From: Candidatus Melainabacteria bacterium
Lineage (GTDB): Bacteria; Cyanobacteriota; Vampirovibrionia; 2-02-FULL-35-15
DNA length: 35,711 nt
Direction of reading: 5' to 3'
Assembly (NCBI GenBank): GCA_016178265.1
Contig: JACOTS010000134.1
Location: 1 to 35,711 of the forward strand
The notes under the pieces: model-generated
The model's input: the letters and a program-made list of their open reading frames with translations, nothing else
Told to the model about the DNA's origin: nothing
Databases searched by the model: none
Made by a program: the position numbers and the translations under genes
Part shown: positions 9,349-19,500 of the stretch, piece by piece
Layout of the letters: each line of letters starts with the position of its first letter
Numbering within the stretch: position 1 is the first letter of the stretch

Positions 9349-9527
9349 AATAAATTCTCCTTCCTTAATTACCAATATAAAATTGTTTTTGATACTATCA
9401 TATAGCAAAGAGAAATTAGTTAAGAATTATATTAGATTTTTTTAAGCTTAAGCTTCGCTGGTTTTGCAAAGTACGCTAAGATTACTTCTTTCTTGTTTTG
9501 GATATAATAAACATTGAGGAAAATGTA

Positions 9528-10268
9528 ATGGCAGACGCAAAGGATCCAAAAGAATATTTAATAGTTGCACTAGATGTACAGTCTAAGAAAGAGGCACTAG
9601 AGATTGTTAATAAACTGAGATCAGATGTTTCTTATTTTAAGGTTGGTCTTACTCTTTTTGCTGGTGAGGGCCCTAAAATAATCGATGAAATTAAAAAATT
9701 AGGATGCAAGGTATTTCTTGATGGAAAATTTTTAGATATACCACATCAAGTATCAGGAGCAGTATCAAGCTTAGTTCATCATAAAGTTGATATGATGAAT
9801 GTGCATTTAACAGGTGGAATGCAAATGCTTCATGATGCAAAACAAGCAATTATAAATACTGCTACAAAGTTAAATATACCTCCCCCAAAACTTTTAGGAG
9901 TTACTGCGCTGACAAGCATCAATGAGGAAATCCTGCAAGAAAATTTGCAGATTAAAGCACAAATAGATGAATATGTTTTAAACAGAGCTAAAATTGCAAA
10001 AGAAGCAGGGCTTGATGGCATAGTTTGTTCTCCAAAAGAAGCTTCACTTGTAAGAAAAGAGCTAGGCAAAGATTTTTTAATTGTTACACCTGGGGTAAGG
10101 CCTAAGTGGGCAGAAAAAAATGATCAAAAACGAATATCAACACCAAAAGAGGCAGTTAAAAACGGTGCTAATTTTGTTGTTATTGGAAGACCAATTACAG
10201 ATGCAAAAGATCCTCTGGATGCAGCAAGGAAAATATTAGATGAGATTAGTCAAGCAAAACAGGTTTAA
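9528..10268 (+). CDS. pyrF: orotidine-5'-phosphate decarboxylase
   Basis: IVALD, FKVG, DGKFLDIP, VTPGVR and VIGRPI motifs; GAGG upstream of ATG 9528. Confidence 0.96.
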   Translation: MADAKDPKEYLIVALDVQSKKEALEIVNKLRSDVSYFKVGLTLFAGEGPKIIDEIKKLGCKVFLDGKFLDIPHQVSGAVSSLVHHKVDMMNVHLTGGMQMLHDAKQAIINTATKLNIPPPKLLGVTALTSINEEILQENLQIKAQIDEYVLNRAKIAKEAGLDGIVCSPKEASLVRKELGKDFLIVTPGVRPKWAEKNDQKRISTPKEAVKNGANFVVIGRPITDAKDPLDAARKILDEISQAKQV

Positions 10269-10309
10269 AAAATATAGTGGATTATAATGTATAATTTAAA
10301 TGCAAAAAA

Positions 10310-11407
10310 ATGAAAGAAACAAAGGATTTATATGAAATATTAGGTATTAACCGCTCTGCTACAGCGCAAGAGGTAAAAAAGGCATATAAGCAACTTGCCA
10401 GGAAATATCATCCTGATAATAAAGAAACAGGGAATGAGGATAAGTTTAAAGAAGTTAGCTTGGCATACGAAGTTTTACAGGATCCTAAAAAAAGAGCTGT
10501 ATATGATGAGTATGGAATTGAAGGCTTAAGAGGCGGTGCATCCGGAGCTAGTGGTTTTGATTTTGGTTTTACTGATTTAAGTGATATATTTGCTGAGTTT
10601 TTTGGAGGCGGTTTTGCAGGTGCAAGGCAAAGGCATGCTGGACCACAGAGGGGTTTGGATGTTAGGTATGATTTAGAAATAAATTTTCTAGAAGCAATTA
10701 AAGGATGTACTAGAAAAGTTACTTTAGATATATTGGATGGATGCAATAAATGTAAAGGAAGTGGTGTCACAGAAGGATCAAAACTAGTTACTTGTACAAG
10801 TTGTAATGGCATGGGAGAAGTAAAAAAAGTGTCCGAGTCTTTCTTTGGGCACGTAACTAGAATAGCTACTTGCCCTACTTGTGAAGGACAAGGGCAAATT
10901 CCAGAAGAAAAATGTTCAGAATGTTTAGGAGAAGGAAGAAAGAAAGCAAAAAGAAATGTAGATGTGAAAGTCCCTTGTGGAGTGGATGACGGTGCAAGAC
11001 TTCGTTGGGGAGGGAAAGGGGAAGCAGGAGTTAGAGGTGGTCCACCAGGAGATTTATATGTAATTCTTCATGTAAAAGATCATGAGATTTTCCAAAGAGA
11101 AGGATTAAATATTTTAGTTAGACAACATGTTTCATTTACTCAAGCAGCACTTGGCGGAATAATTAATGTTCCAAGTACTGAAGGAGAAAAAAAACTTACT
11201 ATTCCAAGTGGAATTCAATCTGGGACAATTTTAACTATGCCTGGCCTTGGGGCACCCAAATTAAATAATCCTTCAAGAAAAGGAGACCAACTTATTGAAA
11301 TTATTATTGCAACACCTACAAAGCTATCACCTGAAGAGAAAAAGATATTTGAGCAATTAGCAAATATAGAACAGCAAAGACAGGATAAAAAGTTTGGAAT
11401 TTTATAA
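10310..11407 (+). CDS. dnaJ: molecular chaperone DnaJ
   Basis: J domain with HPD, G/F region, four CxxCxGxG zinc-finger repeats. Confidence 0.96.
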   Translation: MKETKDLYEILGINRSATAQEVKKAYKQLARKYHPDNKETGNEDKFKEVSLAYEVLQDPKKRAVYDEYGIEGLRGGASGASGFDFGFTDLSDIFAEFFGGGFAGARQRHAGPQRGLDVRYDLEINFLEAIKGCTRKVTLDILDGCNKCKGSGVTEGSKLVTCTSCNGMGEVKKVSESFFGHVTRIATCPTCEGQGQIPEEKCSECLGEGRKKAKRNVDVKVPCGVDDGARLRWGGKGEAGVRGGPPGDLYVILHVKDHEIFQREGLNILVRQHVSFTQAALGGIINVPSTEGEKKLTIPSGIQSGTILTMPGLGAPKLNNPSRKGDQLIEIIIATPTKLSPEEKKIFEQLANIEQQRQDKKFGIL

Positions 11408-11489
11408 AAACGATATATTATCTCTGAATTCTAAAAGAATTCTATAGTCTTTTAGCTTCTACCCGCTTATTTGCTATAGTCAAAAGGAC

Positions 11490-12272
11490 ATGTCAAATAA
11501 TATTTCAAGTATATATAATGCACTTTTAACAGCAAAAACAGTTTTACCTAGAACTGTTGCAAATAGACTTCCGCTTTTGGTTCAGCCACAAGATGAAATT
11601 GTTTATGAAGGGTTTGATAGACATGACTTTCCTAGATTTGGAGGAGATGTTCAATATTCTATAGGTCAGGGTGCAAAACTCAAGTGCATTGGTTGGTGTT
11701 ATGGAAAATATAAGGGAGATAGCTTTGTTAAGACCAGAAACCCATTTGGAAAAATTCACTATATTTTTGAAGGAGAATTAATTGACAACAGCACATTTAA
11801 ACCACATAAAGGTCAAGATAAAGAAACAGAAAGAATGATTATTCCTTTTAATGATGATTTAGATGATAGCGAAAGACTATGTAGAAATGAGTTAGAGTTG
11901 CCGGAAGATGAAATATTTAGAGGTGAATTAGATTATCCAGATGCAGAAGATATTGCAAGAAGAGATTTGCTTAGGGAAGAAATTGTTTCATTTTCAGCAT
12001 CTAGAACACCTGCAGGAAATGATACTCATGAAACATATGAATATACCGGGACATATGAAGATGACAGCGGTGTATATAAAACAGTTAATGCAAGGATTGC
12101 TATAGATGAAGAGGTTTTAATTGAAAGAGTTTTGAAAGCTGATAAGCACAGCGATGTAAGCGTGGATCATAAGCCACAAATTAATTACTATTGGACTTTG
12201 GTTAGGCATAATCAAGAAGAGAAAACAAACACCCCTTTTATATCTGTGACACAAACCAGAAAAGCCGCATAG
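11490..12272 (+). CDS. hypothetical protein
   Basis: 260-aa acidic ORF with AAGGA upstream; no recognised domain. Confidence 0.65.
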   Translation: MSNNISSIYNALLTAKTVLPRTVANRLPLLVQPQDEIVYEGFDRHDFPRFGGDVQYSIGQGAKLKCIGWCYGKYKGDSFVKTRNPFGKIHYIFEGELIDNSTFKPHKGQDKETERMIIPFNDDLDDSERLCRNELELPEDEIFRGELDYPDAEDIARRDLLREEIVSFSASRTPAGNDTHETYEYTGTYEDDSGVYKTVNARIAIDEEVLIERVLKADKHSDVSVDHKPQINYYWTLVRHNQEEKTNTPFISVTQTRKAA

Positions 12273-12287
12273 CTTATAATATGTACT

Positions 12288-13283
12288 ATGCCTGACATAA
12301 AATCTGAATATCTAGAAGCCTCAAAAAAAATAGAATCTGCCCTCTATGAAGTAAAAAAAATTATTGTTGGTCAGGATGCTATTTTAGAAAGAATATTTGT
12401 TGCACTTCTTGCAGGTGGGCATATTCTTCTTGAAGGTCCGCCAGGACTTGCAAAAACACTTATTTTAAAGACTTTTTCTGAGGTTCTCGATTTAAGTTTT
12501 CAAAGAGTTCAATTTACCCCGGATCTTTTGCCATCTGATTTAATTGGCACACAGATATATAATCAAAAAACAAGTGATTTTGAGACAATTTTAGGTCCAC
12601 TTTTTGCAAACCTGGTTTTGGCAGATGAAATAAATAGAGCCCCTGCAAAGGTACAAAGTGCCCTTTTAGAAGCGATGCAAGAAAAGCAGGTTACAATAGC
12701 GAAAAATTCATACCCGATTGAAGAGCCATTTATAGTGCTTGCTACCCAAAATCCAATTGAATCCGAAGGAACTTATCAACTTCCTGAAGCACAAATTGAC
12801 AGATTTATGTTTAAGCTTTTAATTAGTTACCCAAACTCAAAAGAAGAGATTGCAATAATAAACAGGTTTTGTACAGAGAAATTACCAGGGCTTAAAAAAG
12901 CAATTGCAAAAAGTGAACTGTTGAAATTTCAACAATTAACAAAAGAAGTTTATGTAGATCCAAGCATAATTGCTTTTGTTGCAGACTTAACTTCTGCAAC
13001 TAGATTCCCAAAAGATTTTAATTTAGAGAAAGTATCTGAGTATATTAGTTATGGTGCTTCTCCAAGAGCATCATTAAATCTAACGCAAGCAGCAAAAGCA
13101 CTTGCCTTAATTAAAGGCAGGGATTATGTAAAAGAAGAAGATATCGAAAGTGTAACATTTGATGTTTTAAGGCATAGAATAAATCTAAGCTATGAAGGGA
13201 TAATGGCGAAAGAAACACCTGAAACAATACTCACACACCTGCTTCATAAAATTAAACCTAAAAAAGTTATCCACGCTAAATAA
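12288..13283 (+). CDS. MoxR family AAA+ ATPase
   Basis: LEGPPGLAKT, QFTPDLLPSD, LADEINRAPAKVQSALLEAMQE, ATQNPIE and GASPRA motifs. Confidence 0.95.
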   Translation: MPDIKSEYLEASKKIESALYEVKKIIVGQDAILERIFVALLAGGHILLEGPPGLAKTLILKTFSEVLDLSFQRVQFTPDLLPSDLIGTQIYNQKTSDFETILGPLFANLVLADEINRAPAKVQSALLEAMQEKQVTIAKNSYPIEEPFIVLATQNPIESEGTYQLPEAQIDRFMFKLLISYPNSKEEIAIINRFCTEKLPGLKKAIAKSELLKFQQLTKEVYVDPSIIAFVADLTSATRFPKDFNLEKVSEYISYGASPRASLNLTQAAKALALIKGRDYVKEEDIESVTFDVLRHRINLSYEGIMAKETPETILTHLLHKIKPKKVIHAK

Positions 13284-13448
13284 ACCTCTTAAATCTGCTT
13301 ATTTTGGTAGTATTATCTGCTTTTAATGAATAGTAGGGCTATCCATTGGCTCATTAAGGCGCTTTTGATGCACACTTAACCTTCTTGGGTAATATAACTA
13401 TGGTGCAACTTTGAGTCAATATTCTTAATTTAAGAATGAGGAAGGGAT

Positions 13449-13709
13449 ATGAAAAACTTAATTTGGATTTTAATTCTGGCCGTATTGATGTTAAATATGA
13501 TATTTATAAATCATACTTTAGCAAAGGAAGAGCCAGCAGCATTATGTGATTCTAAGGGAAATGCTGTTTGTAGAAATAAAGGCACTCTTGAATGTCCTCC
13601 TGAGCACCCATATTTAAAATGTTTTGGTCTTTTTGCTGCATGCACAGATCAATTAAAGGGTGGAACCGGAGTAAATCCAGTTTGCAAGCTTCCTGCTACT
13701 AGTAATTAA
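13449..13709 (+). CDS. small secreted Cys-rich protein (6 Cys)
   Basis: signal peptide ending TLA; GAGGAAGGG RBS. Confidence 0.75.
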   Translation: MKNLIWILILAVLMLNMIFINHTLAKEEPAALCDSKGNAVCRNKGTLECPPEHPYLKCFGLFAACTDQLKGGTGVNPVCKLPATSN

Positions 13710-13731
13710 ACTTTAAAAATGTAAATTGATA

Positions 13732-13749
13732 ACATAAGTTAACTTATGT
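13732..13749. promoter_or_regulatory. 18-bp perfect palindrome, possible operator
   Basis: ACATAAGTTAACTTATGT about 50 bp upstream of the 13798 ORF. Confidence 0.4.
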
Positions 13750-13797
13750 GAATAATAAGTGTATAGAGTTACTAATAAATTTTAAGGAGAAAAAACA

Positions 13798-14847
13798 ATG
13801 AAATTATTTCGCCGCTCATTGTCCATCGTTTTAATTTTTGGACTGATCTTCTGCATGGCCTTCTTATTAAATTTTACAATTGCCCAGGAAGATACTGGTT
13901 ATTATGCACCTGATTATCCAACAACAGACAGTAATCCTGGACATGTTGGTGATCATGGAGATGGTAGCGATTCAAGTCATGATGGCCGCGGTGATACTGA
14001 TACTGATGGCGGTGGTGATACTGATACTGACGGCGGTGGTGATACTGATACTGATGGTGGTGGAGGATTCCCTGGCGGAGGTGGACTTCCCGGTGGCGGT
14101 GGACTTCCCGGCGGCGGTGGATTCCCTGGCGGTGGTGGACTTCCCGGTGGCGGCGGATTACCTGGCGGCGGTGGCGGACTTCCTCCTGGCGGTGGTGGCC
14201 CAATTCCAACTGGCTGTGTAAGTGATTCAGAGTGTAGTCCAGATTGTTGTGTAACTGGTGTATGTGTACCATGTGGTGGACCTGGAGGTACTGGTCCTAG
14301 TGGACCAACTTGTGGAGATGGAATTTGTGAATCAGGAGAAGATGCAACCATGTGCCCAGGTGATTGTGAGACCTGTGGAAACGGATCATGCGGACCTGCT
14401 GAAAACCCGTGTACTTGTGAAGCTGATTGTGGATCTCCTTGCAGTACTGTAAGCGCAGGGACATGCGATCCTTCTACTTGCACAGGTTGTAATGAATGTC
14501 AGACTGTAGATTATCCTGATGCGTGTGGTGGTACATGTCCTATGCAACAATGTGTACCTATTACCCCACCAGCTTGTGGAGGCGGTGATTATAATACCTG
14601 CACAACAGAAACATTAGATTATACTACGTGTACTTGTGTATCTAATACTTATGGAACCCCTGAAACTTGTCCAAATGGTACAACATGTTGCTCAGCAGGT
14701 GGTGTAAGTTGTTGTCCTTCAGATCCTGTTACTACCTCTGGTGGATTTGGAACACAAGGAGGAGGCGGCGGTGGCGATCCTTGTGCAAGCGTATGTTCCG
14801 GAAGTGCATTTAGTAGAGCATGTCAAAGGTGCCTTGCTGCTCCATAG
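13798..14847 (+). CDS. secreted Gly/Pro-repeat, Cys-rich protein
   Basis: signal peptide; AAGGAG RBS; CGDGICESGE..CPGDC motif resembling myxobacterial Cys-rich repeats. Confidence 0.8.
   Translation: MKLFRRSLSIVLIFGLIFCMAFLLNFTIAQEDTGYYAPDYPTTDSNPGHVGDHGDGSDSSHDGRGDTDTDGGGDTDTDGGGDTDTDGGGGFPGGGGLPGGGGLPGGGGFPGGGGLPGGGGLPGGGGGLPPGGGGPIPTGCVSDSECSPDCCVTGVCVPCGGPGGTGPSGPTCGDGICESGEDATMCPGDCETCGNGSCGPAENPCTCEADCGSPCSTVSAGTCDPSTCTGCNECQTVDYPDACGGTCPMQQCVPITPPACGGGDYNTCTTETLDYTTCTCVSNTYGTPETCPNGTTCCSAGGVSCCPSDPVTTSGGFGTQGGGGGGDPCASVCSGSAFSRACQRCLAAP
13990..14199 (+). repeat. coding tandem repeats (GDTDTDG x3; GGG[FL]PG x~6)
   Basis: 21-bp and 18-bp tandem units visible in the DNA. Confidence 0.85.
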
Positions 14848-14850
14848 TAA

Positions 14851-14919
14851 TTAATTGCTGTTTGTAGTACACCATTAGGTGCTATGAGTGCTGCGTGTTT
14901 TGAGTGTTTGGGATTATAA
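14851..14919 (+). pseudogene. orphan alternative C-terminus of the Cys-rich protein
   Basis: in frame after TAG TAA it reads LIAVCSTPLGAMSAACFECLGL*, resembling the real end SVCSGSAFSRACQRCLAAP*. Confidence 0.6.
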
Positions 14920-14943
14920 ACCAGTTGTCAAAGTAACTGAAGT

Positions 14944-14980
14944 AAGATACCTTATAATTTACTAAGGTATCTTTTTCTTT
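14944..14980 (+). terminator. intrinsic terminator
   Basis: AAGATACCTTA...TAAGGTATCTT followed by a T-tract. Confidence 0.65.
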
Positions 14981-14993
14981 TTGGAGGAGGCTA

Positions 14994-16283
14994 GTGAAAA
15001 TATTCTCACATGCACCAATTGTTCGTAGAGACTTTATAAGAATAGGCACACTTGGTGCACTTGGTATGTTAATTCCAGAGACTATAATGCCTCTTAAGAA
15101 TGCATTTGGAGCTGAAGAAAGTAGCTCAGCTACTATAGATAGAAAAAAGAACTATAGAATTGTTGAAGCAGAAAGTAGCAAAGGAACAAAACCTATTGTA
15201 ATTGTCTGGCTTCAAGGAGGACTTAGCCATCTGGATACATTTTCACCTGTTCCTGAAATGCCCTCTGAAATGAGAGGACCTTTTAAACAAATATCAACAA
15301 AAATACCTGGACTCTATGTTTCTGAAACTATTCCAAATACTGCAAATGTAATGCATCACGTGGCACTTCTTAGAAATATTTACCATACACAAGGGGATCA
15401 TAATCTTGCTGCAAATAGGGTTTTTGCAGGGGTGGATGACCAGACCCCTACATTTGATCCTAAGTACAAACCTTTTATTGCAATGCTTGGAAATTATTTA
15501 AGCAGTGACTCTGTTGGTTATATGATAATAAACCCTAATACTTATTCAGTTACAAAAAGTACCTCACCTGACGATGCTCTTGTAATAGAAAGACATAAAT
15601 GGATGAAAGCTTATAACTCACCTTTTGGAGATACTGTTGATCCTGAAAGAATCAATAGAAGAGCAGGTCTTAGAGCCCAACTCTCTGATGGCTGGAATCT
15701 GGCAGGAGAAAAAGGAAAAAGATTGGATGAGCTAATGGACAAAGGAAGAAAAGTCCTTACTGGTGATTTAAGTAAAGCATTTGATTTGAAAGGTGTTTCA
15801 GAGAAAGAAAAAGAAAGATACGGGAAAAGTGAGTTTGGTGATGCAGGGATAATTGCAAAAAGACTTATTAGAGCTGGAGCACCTATTGTTCTTATAGATT
15901 ATGGAAACTGGGATCATCATGAAAATATACAAGAAAGATTTAAATATGATATGCCGCCACTTGATTATTTGCTTTCTGCTTTAGTTGAAGATTTAAAGGA
16001 TGAAGCAATAGTAGTGATAGCTTCTGAGTTTGGAAGAACCCCAAAAATCAACCATAAAAAAGGGCGAGATCACTGGCCTCAATCTAATTCGGTGGTAATT
16101 TGTGGTCCAAACATAAAGCCTGCTGTTTATGGAAAGCTTGATTCTCAAGGTAATGTTTTAGGTGAGAGGTTTAATGGGGCATATCTTGGTCCTACTATTT
16201 TAAAAGCTGCTGGTTACGAAATAAAAGAAGATAGAGGTGGTGCATTGAGTAATGAATGCTTGCCTTGCTATCCGATTTTTTAA
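14994..16283 (+). CDS. DUF1501 domain protein with Tat signal
   Basis: RRDFIRIG twin-arginine motif; WLQGGLSHLDTF, WDHH, SEFGRTPKIN and GRDHWP motifs; GGAGGAGG RBS. Confidence 0.88.
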   Translation: MKIFSHAPIVRRDFIRIGTLGALGMLIPETIMPLKNAFGAEESSSATIDRKKNYRIVEAESSKGTKPIVIVWLQGGLSHLDTFSPVPEMPSEMRGPFKQISTKIPGLYVSETIPNTANVMHHVALLRNIYHTQGDHNLAANRVFAGVDDQTPTFDPKYKPFIAMLGNYLSSDSVGYMIINPNTYSVTKSTSPDDALVIERHKWMKAYNSPFGDTVDPERINRRAGLRAQLSDGWNLAGEKGKRLDELMDKGRKVLTGDLSKAFDLKGVSEKEKERYGKSEFGDAGIIAKRLIRAGAPIVLIDYGNWDHHENIQERFKYDMPPLDYLLSALVEDLKDEAIVVIASEFGRTPKINHKKGRDHWPQSNSVVICGPNIKPAVYGKLDSQGNVLGERFNGAYLGPTILKAAGYEIKEDRGGALSNECLPCYPIF

Positions 16284-16503
16284 TTAGCTGCCAACAAAAT
16301 TTCTTCTATATATCACAAATAAACTTCTTACATGTTACATACAAAAGTCTTATTCATTTGAAATAAGTCGTTTGGAGAATGAAATACAAAACTTACAAGT
16401 TACTTACATTTGCTACAAATAACTTTTTTTTGTAGACTACACACCTAGTGGGGAAAATTAGGTTTTTTATAAAACTCTTAAGAGGGGTTGGAGGAAATAG
16501 TTT

Positions 16504-19500
16504 ATGCCAAGTATTACTTCTGTTAATCACACACTAGGAAATGGTAAAGGATTAGTTACACAAAATGATGTTACATCTGAAGATAAAGTAAGAGGCAGCT
16601 CAAAACAAAGTAATAAAGGGCTTTCAAGAGCAACGAGTTTTGTTGCAAAAGCTGTTGCATCACTGGCACTTCTTATGCCACTTATTGATGCTTCTAGTGT
16701 AGATGCTGCAAATAATCCTGAAAGAGAAAAAGCAGTAGCAAAGTTTGGCGATGATTCATGGGCTGCATTAAGAGATGCTTTAAAGCAAGATAAATTAAAA
16801 GATCTTCCAAATGCAAGATCACTTTGGAACAATATAAAAGCAGTTCTTCATGTATCAGATGATACAAAGATAGAAGCAGTTGATGCACTTAGAAAAGAGC
16901 TTATATCAACAGGGATTAAAAATTCAAATATACCTCCGGAAATAGTTCATGAGGCAATTTATACAACCTCAGTTGTGGCACAAAGCATAAATAAAGATCT
17001 TGCTGCTAACAATAAAAAGCTAGCTGAGCTTGATAAAAAGATGGCTGAACTGGCAACTAAATCAGAAGGAATTACAAAAAATGGTGGTCAGCTTTCAAAA
17101 GAAATGACTGATGAAAAAGCTAAATTCGATAGCGACAAAGCAACACTAATAGCTGAAAATAAAACACTGGAAGGAAGACTAGCAAAAATTATAGAGCCTG
17201 TAGTTCCATTTATGGGCAAAATTATAGTTGATGTTACCAAAGAAGGTGGTAAAGAAGAAAGATTTCTTGTCCGCCCATCTGAAGTAGGAAGATTTTATGG
17301 AGGAGATGACCTATTCGCTAGCGGCCCTAGCTATGAAAAAGTTAAAGTCTATAACAGCAATAACTTTGAAAATCTTGCTGCTTATACACTTGCACAAGCA
17401 GGGGAAAAAGGATTCTTTGAAAAAGTTGGAAGAGAACTCCTTACAAGTGGAAATGATGAAGCAAGAAGAGATGAATTTTTTAACATCTTTAAGTACACAG
17501 GATCGGATGTTACCCTTCCAAAAGATGTAACAGAAAAATCAAAAGAATGGATCTATGGAAGAAAACAAATGGAAGCCTTCAATAAGGGGGATGCAGCAGC
17601 AGCAGAACCAGCAAGCTCTAATACAGATATAGAGTTTGAGATTATAGAGCCTGACAATGCTAAAGATAAAGCTCCTGTAGACAAAGGAGTTAAGGACTCG
17701 CAACCGGTGCCTCCAGGAAGTACTGTTATTGTGCTTCCACCAGGAACTGAAATTGGAACTGCTAAAAAGCATCCAACACCTGATGTTCCTCGTGGTGCTA
17801 GCTATGGTTCAATTGAAGAGCTAAGAAAGATAAATGAGAAGCTTGTAAAACCTCTTCTTCCATACCCATACAGCAAATCAGCAAGTGATCAAGACTTTAT
17901 TGCTGATAATGTTTTAATGCTTGCAAAGCATGGAGATGAGCTTGCACTTCCAGCTTGTGCGCAATGGTTTGCAATTAAGAGCTATTCGGAAGGTTCCAGC
18001 GGTGGAGGTTTCTTTAGCTCTGCTTCACCAGCAGATATGAAGATGCTTGAAGCACTTTCAATTATGGCTCAAAAAGATGAAGTTGCATTTACAGTACTTG
18101 AAAGATACATAGGATCATTTCCAAAACAATTTGAGAGAACCTTTCTTTATGGTACCTATGCTCTTTGGGACTCACCTCAAAAAAGAGCAGGGGCTGAGAT
18201 GATAAAAGCACTCAATCTTCATAAAGATAATGCAAAAAATCTTGTTACTGCACTATCTAATAAAGAAACAAAACTTATTTGGCCTGAACCTATGTCAGAT
18301 ACTGATGTAGAACATGTAAATAAGCTAAGAGATGCAGGAAGAAGTGTAGCTTTAATGATCATGGCTTTTGATGATAAAGCACACAACTTTACTCCTTATC
18401 TTAGAGACATTGTAAAAAATGACTTTGCTAAAGATATGGAAAGATTTGTTTCTATGATTGGGGTAGCACTTGCAAAAGACAAAGAGTCTGTTGAACCTCT
18501 TTTGAATATTGCTATCGATGAAACAAAACCTATGGGAATGCGTGAGCTTGCTCTTGATGCGGTTCTTTATATTGACAGACCTGATCTTATTCCGGCTGCA
18601 ATAAGAGAAAAAGAAGCAGAAGGATCTCCATTTACTGGAGCAAAACTTAGGCACTTCTTCCCTAATCTTATTGAAAGAACAAAGCCAGAAACTGAAACAG
18701 ATTTCTGTGCTGCTATTGAAGGAAAAAATCCTTTTCAAGCAAGGATTAAAGCTCAATATGACAGGTGGCTTACACTTGAAAATGCAGCCATTGAAAGTGC
18801 AAAAGCAAAAGGTGGTGCGCCTGGAACAATTACCGATGCTCAGAAACTAGGGGCATTTATTGAACTTAGAGAACGTGAGCTTGGTGGAACAGGCATGGCA
18901 CTTTCTGGAAGAGCAGGGGATGCAACATTTAGCAGTAAGTATGTTAAACCAATGGTTAACTACCTTAAAGATCACAGAGATATAAAGAAACCTCTTTATT
19001 GGGGAATTGCATACTCTATGATGGATGTGCTTGGTAAATCAAATGCTACCGAGGCAGCACCACTGCTTAGAGACATGGCAACTTATCCAGAGATTTATGT
19101 CCAAGATAATTCACGTGGACAAGGATTCTTTGGGTTTTTTGATGTGCTCTTTAATAATTTTGAGATGTCACTTATCAAAGCAAATGCAATTAAAAACTTA
19201 GGTGGTGTAGTTGACCTAAAAAATCCTGCATCTGATGAGGCAAAAGTGCTTCACTTAGTTGCACTTAAAGATTCTTCGCTTGACTACAGATGGATGGCAC
19301 AAAAAGGGCAAAGAGAGCTTGCAAGAAGATATGACAGTGCAATGGCTGGTTTAAAACCAGGCGATGCAACATTTGATGAGCTTTCTAAAGCACGTGCTGC
19401 TCATGCCAGTGAAATGGTTGGGCAAATGCAGTATCATGCAGAGGGACGTGAATACGAAACCCAGATGCGCCTTTTTGATCTTAGAGAGCAGTTTATGCTT

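Noticed and set aside
13874-14483. His/Arg-rich and Pro-rich alternative-frame ORFs
   Set aside because: They are shadows of the Gly-repeat coding region.
16327-16420. Clustered TTACA/TACAA motifs upstream of the S8 gene as a regulator array
   Set aside because: The motifs are short and AT-rich with irregular spacing and cannot be distinguished from background.
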